This document shows positions 1 to 9,301 of a stretch of 64,000 nt of DNA, one piece after another; position 1 is the stretch's first letter, and every line of letters begins with the position of its first letter. The stretch spans positions 45,268-109,267 of the forward strand of contig CAVQRT010000008.1 in NCBI GenBank assembly GCA_963715195.1, given 5' to 3'. Below the pieces are notes generated by a model. The model had not been told where the DNA came from and searched no databases. It saw nothing but the letters and a program-made list of their open reading frames with translations. The translations under genes and the position numbers were made by a program. This stretch comes from Thermodesulfovibrionales bacterium. GTDB taxonomy: Bacteria; Nitrospirota; Thermodesulfovibrionia; Thermodesulfovibrionales; SM23-35.

Positions 1-512
1 CTGATCTGCATTTCAATCTCCCGAGAGATATGAAAAAGAAACTGCTGGAAGTTTTCATCTGTATGACGAACGCGTATCTGACGCTGCGTGATCCCGAAAA
101 GCGGAAAACCTATAGCCCCCGCGAAGACTGCACACGGATAAAGCAGCCCAATACCATGAAAAACCAGGATATTGCTGAATCCAAATTTGCAGAGGGCCAG
201 TACAAATTCAGAAAGCAGGACTTCGAAAAAGCAGCGGATCTCTTTGCTTCAGCAATATATTTCGATCATTCTGTAGCACGGTATTATTTTTATTATGGTT
301 CCGCACTCGCTAAGATCGGGAAACAGAGAGAGGCGCTTGAGGCTCTCAAGAAGGCGCTTGAGCTCAAACCTTCAGATCCGGATATCCTTGCAGAGATGGG
401 TCATGTCTATTTACAACTGGGGTTCCCGCTCAGGGCTCAGGGATACTTTAAGAAGATCCTTCAAAAACATCCTTCCCATAAGAGGGCGCTTGAGGGAATG
501 GCAATAACGTAG
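1..512 (+). CDS. C-terminal part of a J-domain/TPR protein (5' end outside window)
   Basis: 'NAYLTLRDPEKRKTY' resembles the end of a J domain and is followed by TPR motifs; similar to the C-terminus of 24431..25753. Confidence 0.7.
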   Translation, partial: DLHFNLPRDMKKKLLEVFICMTNAYLTLRDPEKRKTYSPREDCTRIKQPNTMKNQDIAESKFAEGQYKFRKQDFEKAADLFASAIYFDHSVARYYFYYGSALAKIGKQREALEALKKALELKPSDPDILAEMGHVYLQLGFPLRAQGYFKKILQKHPSHKRALEGMAIT

Positions 513-562
513 ACTCCTGGGTGCACCCTTTTGCCTGCTTTCCTCATATGCCCCCCGTTCCC

Positions 563-610
563 TTGACTTTCCCCCATCACCCTGCTTAAATAGAAACGAA
601 TTCTATTTAA
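563..610 (+). promoter_or_regulatory. Sigma70 promoter overlapped by a putative Zur operator
   Basis: TTGACT at 563-568, then 17 bp to TTAAAT at 586; perfect inverted repeat TTAAATAGAA-acgaa-TTCTATTTAA at 586-610, directly before zur-znuACB. Confidence 0.75.
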
Positions 611-1065
611 TGCGGGCAGGTATGAACGAAGATCTTACGGCATCCCTCAGACGTCTGAACCTTAAGGTAACCCCCAAAAGAATTGCCATCATTGAAATAC
701 TCATGGGGGCGTCCGGGTATCTGAGCCCTGAGGAGATCTGGAGCAAAATGAAAAAACGGTTTAACCATATTGGCCTTCCGACGGTATACCGGAATCTGGA
801 AGAACTTGCGAAAGGGAATATTATATCCAAGATTACCCACCCGAACCGGCAGCTCTACTACTTTTTCTGCGGCAACAGCGAACATCATCACCATTTCGTG
901 TGCCTGTCGTGCCATACGGTGGATGATATCAGCTTCTGTGCGATCCGTGAGTTGCAAAAAGAGGTCAGGAAAAAACTGAATGCGCAGGTTGTCTCCCACA
1001 TTCTCCAGGTGAACGGGCTTTGCAAAGAGTGCCTGAAAAAAAGCCTTAAAGAGGATCCTGCATGA
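610..1065 (+). CDS. zur: Fur-family regulator, Zur-type (start may be 622)
   Basis: TVYRNL helix, HHHHFVCLSC and C-terminal CKEC motifs; first gene of the znu operon. Confidence 0.85.
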   Translation: MRAGMNEDLTASLRRLNLKVTPKRIAIIEILMGASGYLSPEEIWSKMKKRFNHIGLPTVYRNLEELAKGNIISKITHPNRQLYYFFCGNSEHHHHFVCLSCHTVDDISFCAIRELQKEVRKKLNAQVVSHILQVNGLCKECLKKSLKEDPA

Positions 1066-2039
1066 AGAAAGGAATATTATCGGTTTCCATACCGTTGCTG
1101 CTCATACTACTGATGTCCTTTTCGTGCAGCAAAAAAGAGGCGGTTCCGGTCGGGTATAAAACAATCAAAGTGGTAACAACACTGTTCCCGCTTTATGATT
1201 TTGCGAGAAATGTAGGTGGAGAGACGGTTCAGATCGAACTGCTGCTCCCTCCCGGCATTGAGCCACACAGTTTTGAACCCAAGCCTGCTGACATCCGTAA
1301 AATCAGTGAGGCAGATCTGTTATTTTATACCGGAAAGTTCATGGAGCCCTGGGTTGAGGATGTTCTGAAAGGAGTTGCCAGCAGAAATCTGCTCGTGGTC
1401 GATACGAGCACCGGTATTATGACCGCTGAAGGCCGTGATCTGCAGGGGCATCACCAAGGCGACAAGCACCCTGAAGGGAAACGCGGACATCGTCATGAAC
1501 CTGGGGTGAAAGACCCCCATATCTGGCTTGACTTTTCGAATGCCAAAATAATGGTGGGGAATATTCTCAATGGCTTTATTGCCAAAGATCCCTCCAACAG
1601 GCGTATTTACATGAAAAACGCAGAAGCATACACTATGGAATTATCGATGCTCGACAAACGATTTCGTGATGGACTTTCCTCATGCAGGAAAGATAAGATC
1701 ATTCACGGGGGACATTTCGCCTTCGGGTATCTCGCGAGGAGATATCACCTGCAGTATCTTTCGGCGTATAAGGGATTTTCACCCAATGCGGAACCTGCCC
1801 CCGGCGATATTATAGAATTGATCCAAAATCTCAGGAAGCATCGTCTGAACTATATCTTTTTTGAAGAATTGGTTTCGTCTAATGTTGCTGAGACTATCGG
1901 ACGTGAAACCGGCGCTCAACTTTTGATGCTTCACGGGGCTCATAATATTTCGAAGGATGATTGGGATCAGAACGTGACCTTTTTGTCTTTGATGGAGAAT
2001 AACCTGAAGAACCTTAGGATCGGTCTTGAATGTCAATGA
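1062..2039 (+). CDS. znuA: Zinc ABC transporter substrate-binding lipoprotein
   Basis: Lipoprotein signal, EPHSFEP, His-rich loop, DPHIWLD, HFAFGYLA. Confidence 0.9.
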   Translation: MKKGILSVSIPLLLILLMSFSCSKKEAVPVGYKTIKVVTTLFPLYDFARNVGGETVQIELLLPPGIEPHSFEPKPADIRKISEADLLFYTGKFMEPWVEDVLKGVASRNLLVVDTSTGIMTAEGRDLQGHHQGDKHPEGKRGHRHEPGVKDPHIWLDFSNAKIMVGNILNGFIAKDPSNRRIYMKNAEAYTMELSMLDKRFRDGLSSCRKDKIIHGGHFAFGYLARRYHLQYLSAYKGFSPNAEPAPGDIIELIQNLRKHRLNYIFFEELVSSNVAETIGRETGAQLLMLHGAHNISKDDWDQNVTFLSLMENNLKNLRIGLECQ

Positions 2040-2785
2040 CGATTGTTACCGTCAATAATCTCAGTTTCCGGTATAACTCCATGGACGTGTTGAGTAATAT
2101 TTCATTTGATGTCAATGCTGGTGACTTCATAGGATTGGTAGGTCCGAACGGATCCGGGAAGACGACGGCAATCAAGGTGATACTGGGGCTTTTGAAACAG
2201 ACGAACGGTGCTGTCTCACTGTTCGGAACGAATGTGAATAATTTCAGAGACTGGAGAAAGGTCGGATATCTTCCGCAGAAACTAACACATTTCAATCCTT
2301 ACTTTCCCGCAACGGTGAAGGAGATTGTCTCATCCGGGTTGTTCTCGTCAAAAAAATTCCCGAAAAGGATTCAGCGGTCTGATGAGGCTTTGATTGATGA
2401 AGCTCTGAACATGACGGATGTTGCAGATATCAGAGACGAGATGATCGGGGAACTTTCAGGAGGCCAGCAGCAACGGGTTCTCCTTGCCCGTGCGGTCATC
2501 AACCGACCGGAACTGCTGATTCTTGATGAACCGACGACGGCTCTGGATCCTGAAGCGCGGGAAAAGTTTTTTCAGACGATTATGGGACTGAACCAAACCA
2601 GGAACATGACAATCATTCTCATCACCCACGATATAGCAAGCATAGGCAAATATGCATTCAAACTCCTGTATCTCGACAAGCAGATTATCTTTTACGGAAG
2701 TTTCGAAGACTTCTGCGTGTCGGAAAAGATGACAAATTACTTCGGGGAATTCACACAACACCTCATATGCCACAGGCATGATTAA
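2030..2785 (+). CDS. znuC: Zinc ABC transporter ATPase
   Basis: GPNGSGKT, LSGGQQQR, ILDEP, ITHD. Confidence 0.9.
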   Translation: MSMTIVTVNNLSFRYNSMDVLSNISFDVNAGDFIGLVGPNGSGKTTAIKVILGLLKQTNGAVSLFGTNVNNFRDWRKVGYLPQKLTHFNPYFPATVKEIVSSGLFSSKKFPKRIQRSDEALIDEALNMTDVADIRDEMIGELSGGQQQRVLLARAVINRPELLILDEPTTALDPEAREKFFQTIMGLNQTRNMTIILITHDIASIGKYAFKLLYLDKQIIFYGSFEDFCVSEKMTNYFGEFTQHLICHRHD

Positions 2786-2787
2786 GT

Positions 2788-3609
2788 ATGGAGATCTTTA
2801 GTTTCTTCCAGTATGCATTCATGTGGAGAGCCGTCATAGCCGGTTCCTTCATTGCACTGGTCTGTGCCATTCTGGGGGTTCTCCTCGTATTGCGGCGGCT
2901 TTCGCTGATAGGGGACGGACTTGCGCATGTTACGTTCGGGAGTGTGGCGGTAGGGCTGCTCTTCAAGCAGCATCCCGTGTATCTTTCGATCCCTATCGTC
3001 ATGGCCAGTTCATTGGGTATCATGAAACTAACCGAGAAAGCGAGGCTATTCGGAGATGCGGCAATCGGCATTGTTTCCTCCCTGGGGATCGCAGGGGGAA
3101 TTATCATTGCCAGTGTTGCCGGCGGTTTCAACATCGATATCTTCAGTTTCCTCTTCGGCAACATTCTGGCGATCAGCCGGACGGAGGTTTTGACATCAAT
3201 TGCCCTTTCGATCGTCGTGCTTCTTGTTATCTTTTTTTTCTATCACGAGCATTTTTCGACTGCCTTTGACGAAGAGTTTGCAAAAATATCCGGAATTGAC
3301 ACGGGAAAGATCAATGCCATCCTTGTTCTTCTGACGGGTATAACGGTTGTCCTCGCCATGAAGATTGTTGGGATCATGCTCACCTCATCACTGCTGATCC
3401 TTCCACCGGTAACGGCACTGCAGATCGCACGGAGCTTCAAAAATACCATGGTCGTTTCAGCACTATGCAGCATCATATCGGTTATCACCGGTATCTCTGC
3501 ATCTTTTGTCCTGAACCTGCCGACGGGTGCGACAATTGTCATCGTGAATTTTCTGCTTTTTGTAACAGCATATACCTATAAGAGCGCTATCCAGAGCAAA
3601 TACCATTAA
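2788..3609 (+). CDS. znuB: Zinc ABC transporter permease (ABC-3 family)
   Basis: LIGDGLAHV motif, multi-TM, FLFGNIL. Confidence 0.9.
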   Translation: MEIFSFFQYAFMWRAVIAGSFIALVCAILGVLLVLRRLSLIGDGLAHVTFGSVAVGLLFKQHPVYLSIPIVMASSLGIMKLTEKARLFGDAAIGIVSSLGIAGGIIIASVAGGFNIDIFSFLFGNILAISRTEVLTSIALSIVVLLVIFFFYHEHFSTAFDEEFAKISGIDTGKINAILVLLTGITVVLAMKIVGIMLTSSLLILPPVTALQIARSFKNTMVVSALCSIISVITGISASFVLNLPTGATIVIVNFLLFVTAYTYKSAIQSKYH

Positions 3610-3731
3610 ATTCCTCTCGCACAATAATCTGAGGGGAAATCAGCATGAATCTCTCCTTAAACGAGTCTCTAGGCGACCCGACAAGCGGGACTGATACTTA
3701 TTGGAACAGAGTCCACTATGAATACTGCAGG

Positions 3732-4559
3732 TTAAAAGATATCGTGGCGGGAATGGGGGATGAGGCCTTTCTTTTCAGCCTCTGCGAGGAGGAAACGAAT
3801 TGCCTGCTCACCCGCTGTCCCGATATCCAGTGAATATTCGTTTACATATAAATCAATGTGCTGACGGGCAACCGATTCGTCCATTTCCTGTGCGTATCTG
3901 CGGATGTATGCCCGGGGCTCTTCCGGATGCATTTGGGCATACCGGATGCTCTCGCGGATCTTTTCTTCTATGAGATATGACAGCTCCCTGTGCAGGTGCC
4001 GTCTCATGATGATGCCGCCAAGAGGAATCGGGTACCCGGTCGACTGCTCCCACCATTCACCCAAATCCAGAATCTTCTGAAGGCCGAATTTCCGATAGGT
4101 GAAACGGCTCTCATGAATGACAAGCCCTGCCTCGGTTCTTCCCTGTTGAACAGACTGCATAACCTGATGAAACGGCATAACAACGAAATTTCGAATCACG
4201 GGATCATAGAGACGGAGCAGCAAAAAGGCGGTTGTGAGTTCCCCCGGGATAGCGACGCGCTGGCGGCGTAGATCGCTTGAGGTAGATCCTTCCCGGGCTA
4301 CGACGAGCGGACCGCAGCCTTTCCCCAGTGCTCCTCCTGAACGGAGGAGTGCATAGTGATCCCGGAGGTGTGCGAAGGCATGAAATGATATTTTTGTGAT
4401 ATCCAATTCATTCCGGGTGGCCAGCCTGTTTAGGGTCTCGACGTCTTCCAGCCGTTCAGTAAACGATATGCCTTCCAAGGGGATCCTGTTGTGGACGAGA
4501 GCATAGAAGATGAATGTGTCGTTCGGACATGGGGAATAACCCAGGGACAGATTCTTCAC
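3732..4559 (-). CDS. mqnD: 1,4-dihydroxy-6-naphthoate synthase (futalosine pathway)
   Basis: GYSPCPNDTF, GALGKGCGP, VIHESRFTY, PIPLGG, HIDLYVN; GTG start at 4559 overlaps the mqnB stop. Confidence 0.92.
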   Translation of the reverse strand: MKNLSLGYSPCPNDTFIFYALVHNRIPLEGISFTERLEDVETLNRLATRNELDITKISFHAFAHLRDHYALLRSGGALGKGCGPLVVAREGSTSSDLRRQRVAIPGELTTAFLLLRLYDPVIRNFVVMPFHQVMQSVQQGRTEAGLVIHESRFTYRKFGLQKILDLGEWWEQSTGYPIPLGGIIMRRHLHRELSYLIEEKIRESIRYAQMHPEEPRAYIRRYAQEMDESVARQHIDLYVNEYSLDIGTAGEQAIRFLLAEAEKKGLIPHSRHDIF

Positions 4560-5275
4560 AGGGCTTTCCCCCAGTGCAAAACAATTTCTCTGGCCGCATT
4601 CTGACTGATACGGGCGGCAGAGGACAGGTCCCATTCTCTCTTGTTCCGCTTTTTCACCATATTACTGATGCCGCGAATTTCCAGAAAGGGAATGTCATAG
4701 AGAATGCATAATTGAGCTACCGATGCCCCCTCCATGTTTTCACAAATACCCCTGAAACGCTTTTCCATTTCGTCGGTCTTCTCCTTTGTACCCGTGACCT
4801 CAGAAACGGTAACAAATGCTCCTGTTTTCGCCCGGAACCCCTTTAGGATTTTTTTCGCTCTCTTCACAATTTTCTGATCTATCGGAAATCTGTTGTAAAA
4901 ACTTTGCTGATCCCTCCTGAGGAGCGGGAGTTTCAGATATTCCATTGATCTCCACCCTCGCGGAGTTATGACCCCCTCATCCCCGAAGATTTCCTCACTG
5001 GCAATTGCCAAATCACCAACGATCAGCCCCGATCTCGGATAAGCGCCGCCGCATCCAATCAGGAGAAGAAGATCAGGCCTCAAATGTTCCAGCAACAGAG
5101 TTGTGCCGTGAGCAGCATTGGTTTTTCCGACGCCTACTGGAAAAATGACGACCGGGACAGAACCAAGCCTGCCCTTGAGGGCCGAAGATTGACCGATGGC
5201 AACAGGACGGGGGCGGATTAACTGGCCGGAAAGCAGAGCTGTTTCAAATGGTGTGGCTGCGGTCACGATAATCAT
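4556..5275 (-). CDS. mqnB: Futalosine hydrolase
   Basis: PNP/MTAN-type motifs GVGKTNAA, GCGGAY, ENMEGA, EIRGISN; adjacent to mqnD. Confidence 0.88.
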   Translation of the reverse strand: MIIVTAATPFETALLSGQLIRPRPVAIGQSSALKGRLGSVPVVIFPVGVGKTNAAHGTTLLLEHLRPDLLLLIGCGGAYPRSGLIVGDLAIASEEIFGDEGVITPRGWRSMEYLKLPLLRRDQQSFYNRFPIDQKIVKRAKKILKGFRAKTGAFVTVSEVTGTKEKTDEMEKRFRGICENMEGASVAQLCILYDIPFLEIRGISNMVKKRNKREWDLSSAARISQNAAREIVLHWGKAL

Positions 5276-6183
5276 GTCCTGCTGCCTGAAGATATTGTTT
5301 TTCTTTTATTAAAGAGCAAGAGTATCTCTCCCAACACACATCCGATATGCCCGGCAACCACTGCACACTTTGCCCTGAGCATAAAAAAGACCGGCTTCTT
5401 CGCCTCTGACAATGTCTCAAAATTCCCCTGACCTTTGCTGATGATAATATCGGATGCCTTATACAGTTTCAGAAATTCTTTTGAGCATAACGATAATATT
5501 GTCCCCGGTGCATCAGACCCGGAAGATACAACAGCTGCTATGTTGTGAATCCCGCACTGATATGCATCTTCCAAGAGGGCATCGTTAATGATGGGTGATT
5601 CTTTGACTGCATACGTGATTTGTTTGCGCGCATCTTTTCGCCGAATCTCTTCGATCAGGATTCTGTCGAATACCGTCTCACCCGCGTTGTCTGCCAGATA
5701 GAGAATATTTTTTGCTTTTTCTACCATGTCTGTAAAATCATGATAATGAATAAAGGCATGGTTTCCTTTGCCAAAACTCTTTTGTTCGGTATGCAAAATC
5801 TTTTTCAGCTCTTCCTTTATATCCAGAGAGTTCCTTACCCCATAATCAATGATATTCCCGGCAATCGCCAGTTCAACGGCTTTGTGCAAGCGATCCTCTG
5901 ATGCTGATACCCTTCTGCAGAGTTCAGGATACATTCTGAGAGCAAGTCTGTTCCCGCGTATTTTCATTTGTTGATATGGATCGTTCTGCCCTGTTGCTTT
6001 TCTCACAATTCCGTATACAGTCCGGGCTATTTCAGGAGGTGTAGCTTTCAGTGATAACGCGGGCAGTGTTTTTGCGACTTCGTGTAAAACTTTCCTCTGA
6101 ATTGCCGGCCCTGCACCGGAAATCCGGGCGGTTTCAAGTGCTTGTCTGAAAAAACAGGGAATGCAGTCCAAATATGTTCTCAT
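5272..6183 (-). CDS. DUF89/ARMT1-like metal-dependent damage-control phosphatase
   Basis: CIPC N-terminus, AIAGNIIDYG, LADNAGE, INDA, SKGQGNFE. Confidence 0.88.
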   Translation of the reverse strand: MRTYLDCIPCFFRQALETARISGAGPAIQRKVLHEVAKTLPALSLKATPPEIARTVYGIVRKATGQNDPYQQMKIRGNRLALRMYPELCRRVSASEDRLHKAVELAIAGNIIDYGVRNSLDIKEELKKILHTEQKSFGKGNHAFIHYHDFTDMVEKAKNILYLADNAGETVFDRILIEEIRRKDARKQITYAVKESPIINDALLEDAYQCGIHNIAAVVSSGSDAPGTILSLCSKEFLKLYKASDIIISKGQGNFETLSEAKKPVFFMLRAKCAVVAGHIGCVLGEILLLFNKRKTISSGSRT

Positions 6184-6270
6184 ACATTAGAGGTATTTAT
6201 TTTTTGGATTATAAGATAGCATGAAAAGAAAGAAAATAGCTTTCTGGGGCAGGAACCTGGGGCGGAAACC

Positions 6271-6311
6271 TTGACATTGACTCTCAGCTTTTGTTATGTT
6301 TTATACAACAA
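6271..6311 (+). promoter_or_regulatory. Sigma70 promoter of the Ni/Co uptake operon
   Basis: TTGACA at 6271-6276 and TATGTT at 6295-6300; TTGTT-N11-AACAA dyad at 6291-6311. Confidence 0.6.
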
Positions 6312-6367
6312 GGCCACGAAGGCTGAAAAAAGACCAGGAGGTCTGATAGCTTTCGCGGCTTTTTTTT
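6312..6367 (+). ncRNA. Candidate cis-regulatory leader RNA / attenuator
   Basis: GGCCACGAAGGCT (6312-24) pairs with AGCTTTCGCGGCT (6348-60), enclosing the hairpin AGACC-agga-GGTCT, and is followed by a T8 run; lies just after the promoter. Confidence 0.55.
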
Positions 6368-6461
6368 GTTTGCCGCGGGGAAGGGGGTCCCTGTCCAAGA
6401 AATACCATATTACAAATTACTCATAAGTATCTGTCCATAAAGTGCGGTTTTTTGAAAAGTC

Positions 6462-6555
6462 TGTCATTCCCGCCCCCGTCTTCACGAGGGTAAACTCCGG
6501 CGGGAATCCATTGATTTCAATATATTATGGATCCCCGGGTCAAGCCGGAGGATGA
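6462..6555. repeat. GTCAT-tagged palindromic repeat dimer (copy A)
   Basis: TGTCATTCCCGC...GCGGGAATCCA (6462-6510) and TGGATCCCCGGGTCAAGCCGGAGGATGA (6528-6555). Confidence 0.8.
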
Positions 6556-6610
6556 GGAACAATGAGCTTCTTGGCGGACTTTAATAAGACAATCAAAGGG
6601 GGTTAATCTT

Positions 6611-7738
6611 ATGGTAACAGTGATGAAAAAAATGGTATCGATTTTCTTTGTCTGTTGTTGCATGATAATCGCAGTTCCGGCACTCGGCCTGTCTTATGAT
6701 ATCAATGAAAAGCTCTCAGTGGAAGGCTTGCTGACAGGAGTCTATCAATATGGTGATTTCGATGTTAAGGGGGTGGACGATGCCGACAGAGGGGCTGTCG
6801 TCTTTGATCTGGGAGTAAATTTCCATCCCACCGAGATCGATGAATTCCAAATAACGCTCAGCTATGCTGCCGGCAACGGGCTCAATAGTTTGAACCCTTT
6901 TTCACTTGCTCCATATGCAGATGACCTTGAGGACGATCTGAAAGACATCAACGGCAGAAACAGGGATTACCTGCTTGAAGCCTGGTACAGACATGCATTC
7001 AAGCTCTCAGAGAACATGGAATTGGGACTAACCGGTGGAATCATCGATGCCACCGCATATATTGACGATAACAACTTTGCGAACTGCGAATGCAGTCAGT
7101 TTATGAATGAAGCGTTCGTGAATCACAGAAACGTAAATCTTCCTTCATACGACCTTGGAGGAGTTATCGAGTTGAACGTTTCCAATTTCTCGATCCGGGC
7201 TCTCGCAATGAACACAAAATTTGAATCCGGTGCAGATGGATTTACAAACTACAATTATTACGCGCTGCAGGCGGGTTACAAACTTGACATTGCTTTGGGA
7301 GAAGGGAATTACAGGCTCTACGGGTTTACAACGAATAAGCGCTTTCAATGCCCTGAAGAAGGGGAAAAAGATAACCTGCTGGGCTTTGGAATATCGGCAG
7401 ACCAGAAACTGGGCGAGGTGGTTGGTGTCTTTGTGAGAACCAGCTGGCAGGACGACGAGGCGGTCATCGACCATGATAACATTTACTCCGGCGGAATAAA
7501 CATTAATGGCAATCTCTGGGGGAGAGAGAACGATGAGATAGGAATTGGGTATGCATATCTGAATGGTGCATGCGCCTCGGACATTGACCATTCGGTTGCT
7601 TTTGAGACGTATGCTAAATTCATGGTATCGACATTCAGTGACGTAACCTTGGATGTACAATACATAGACGATGAGATGAAAAATAATGATGACAGAGATG
7701 GGTTCATATACGGTATCAGAATGAATGCATATTTCTAA
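6611..7738 (+). CDS. Outer-membrane porin (OprB-like) heading the Ni/Co uptake operon
   Basis: Signal peptide, YLLEAWY, IDATAYIDDNNFAN...QFMN, C-terminal aromatic residue (NAYF). Confidence 0.75.
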   Translation: MVTVMKKMVSIFFVCCCMIIAVPALGLSYDINEKLSVEGLLTGVYQYGDFDVKGVDDADRGAVVFDLGVNFHPTEIDEFQITLSYAAGNGLNSLNPFSLAPYADDLEDDLKDINGRNRDYLLEAWYRHAFKLSENMELGLTGGIIDATAYIDDNNFANCECSQFMNEAFVNHRNVNLPSYDLGGVIELNVSNFSIRALAMNTKFESGADGFTNYNYYALQAGYKLDIALGEGNYRLYGFTTNKRFQCPEEGEKDNLLGFGISADQKLGEVVGVFVRTSWQDDEAVIDHDNIYSGGININGNLWGRENDEIGIGYAYLNGACASDIDHSVAFETYAKFMVSTFSDVTLDVQYIDDEMKNNDDRDGFIYGIRMNAYF

Positions 7739-7920
7739 ACGGTGTTATTCATGCATGATATATTTACCGGCCCGTTTGTGAACAATGTATTCTGAGGCCT
7801 ATTAATAATCATAAGGATGAAGCATAATTATAAAACTCTTTGGCAAAGAGGGGCGGGGGAGATTTTTGAGAATGATGTCTTACTTATGCACTCCTTAGTA
7901 AACAAAAGGAGGCAGGAATT

Positions 7921-8694
7921 ATGAAAAAAGGCATATTGACCATATTGGCTGGATCGATTTTGACGCTGTTGTTTTTTTCGGTGTCGTGGGCGCACTTTGG
8001 GATGATCATTCCCTCAGACGATATCGTTGGAAAAGAGGATAAGAAGGTGATTACCCTCACCATCAAATTTATCCATCCCTTTGAGGGCGATTACATGAAT
8101 ATGGAAATGCCGAAGGCATTCGGTGTGATGGTCGGCGGAGCAAAACAGGACCTCCTGAAGACCCTCCAGAAGAAGGATGTGAAAAAGTTTACCACATGGG
8201 GGACCTCTTATCAAATAAAGAGTCCGGGAGATTACGCATTTTATGTTGAACCAGCTCCATACTGGGAACCTGCGGAAGAAAGCTTTATTGTTCACTATAC
8301 GAAAGTGATCGTGAATGCCCTTGGCCTCGAAGAAGGTTGGGACGAGGAAGTGGGGCTGGAAACAGAGATCGTTCCGCTGACACGTCCCTACGGACTGTGG
8401 GCCGGAAACGTATTTCAGGGAGTAGTCAAAGTGGACGGCAAACCCGTTCCGCATGCAGAAGTGGAGGTTGAGTATTATAATGAAGGCGGCAGGATCAAAC
8501 CGCCTGCTGAATCATATATCACACAGGTGATTAAGGCTGATCAAAATGGTGTATTCACTTACGCAATGCCGAAAGCTGGCTGGTGGGGATTTGCCGCACT
8601 GAATACCGCCGACTACACATTGGCACACGAAGGGAAAGAGTATCCCGTTGAAATCGGCGCGGTCCTCTGGGTGAGAACAAGGGATATGAAGTAA
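7921..8694 (+). CDS. DUF4198 periplasmic Ni/Co uptake accessory protein
   Basis: Signal peptide ending [25 protein letters not shown]; next to cbiM. Confidence 0.8.
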   Translation: MKKGILTILAGSILTLLFFSVSWAHFGMIIPSDDIVGKEDKKVITLTIKFIHPFEGDYMNMEMPKAFGVMVGGAKQDLLKTLQKKDVKKFTTWGTSYQIKSPGDYAFYVEPAPYWEPAEESFIVHYTKVIVNALGLEEGWDEEVGLETEIVPLTRPYGLWAGNVFQGVVKVDGKPVPHAEVEVEYYNEGGRIKPPAESYITQVIKADQNGVFTYAMPKAGWWGFAALNTADYTLAHEGKEYPVEIGAVLWVRTRDMK

Positions 8695-8695
8695 T

Positions 8696-9301
8696 ATGCA
8701 TATTTCTGAAGGAGTATTATCGGCACCCGTGCTCATCGCGGGTGCCGTTCTGACTGCGGCAGGAGTGGCAGTCGGCCTGAAAAAAATGAGCTATGACCGG
8801 ATTCCAGAAGTAGCGGTTCTCTCGTCAGCCTTTTTTGTTGCCTCCCTTATTCATGTGCCGATCGGTCCTTCCGCAGTGCATCTGGTCCTGAACGGCCTGC
8901 TCGGTATTCTCCTGGGCTGGATGGCGTTCCCGTCAATATTAGTAGCTCTTGCGCTTCAGGCGCTCCTGTTTCAGTTCGGCGGAATTACCGTTCTCGGAGT
9001 CAACACCATGATTATGGCAGCACCGGCGGTCTTTGTGTATATCCTTTTCTCACCGCTTCTGAAAAAGCGGAACCTTTCCGTGATTGGCGTAGCCGGATTT
9101 TTCGCGGGTTCGACCGGTATAGCTGCCGGTGCCCTGCTGATTGCAGTCGCACTTGTTTCTACCGGCGAGAGTTTTGCGAATGTGGCAAAAGTTATTGTTA
9201 TTGCTCATGTGCCCATTATGATTATCGAGGGCATCATCACAGCCTTTTGCGTTCTCTTCTTAAAGAGAGTAAAACCAGAGATTCTGGAGGTTAGCAAATG
9301 A
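8696..9301 (+). CDS. cbiM: ECF Co/Ni transporter substrate component CbiM/NikM
   Basis: MHISEG N-terminus, IHVPIGPSAVHL, LQALLFQFGG. Confidence 0.92.
   Translation: MHISEGVLSAPVLIAGAVLTAAGVAVGLKKMSYDRIPEVAVLSSAFFVASLIHVPIGPSAVHLVLNGLLGILLGWMAFPSILVALALQALLFQFGGITVLGVNTMIMAAPAVFVYILFSPLLKKRNLSVIGVAGFFAGSTGIAAGALLIAVALVSTGESFANVAKVIVIAHVPIMIIEGIITAFCVLFLKRVKPEILEVSK

Noticed and set aside
3645..3833. 62-aa ORF after znuB
   Set aside because: Overlaps the mqnD 3' end on the opposite strand and has no motif
6296..6346. 16-codon ORF MFYTTRPRRLKKDQEV as a leader peptide
   Set aside because: Its ATG lies within the putative -10 box, it has no SD, and it has no informative codon run
6300..6610. 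Cobalamin riboswitch upstream of the cbi operon
   Set aside because: The conserved cobalamin-riboswitch elements are not recognisable; much of the region is a GTCAT repeat
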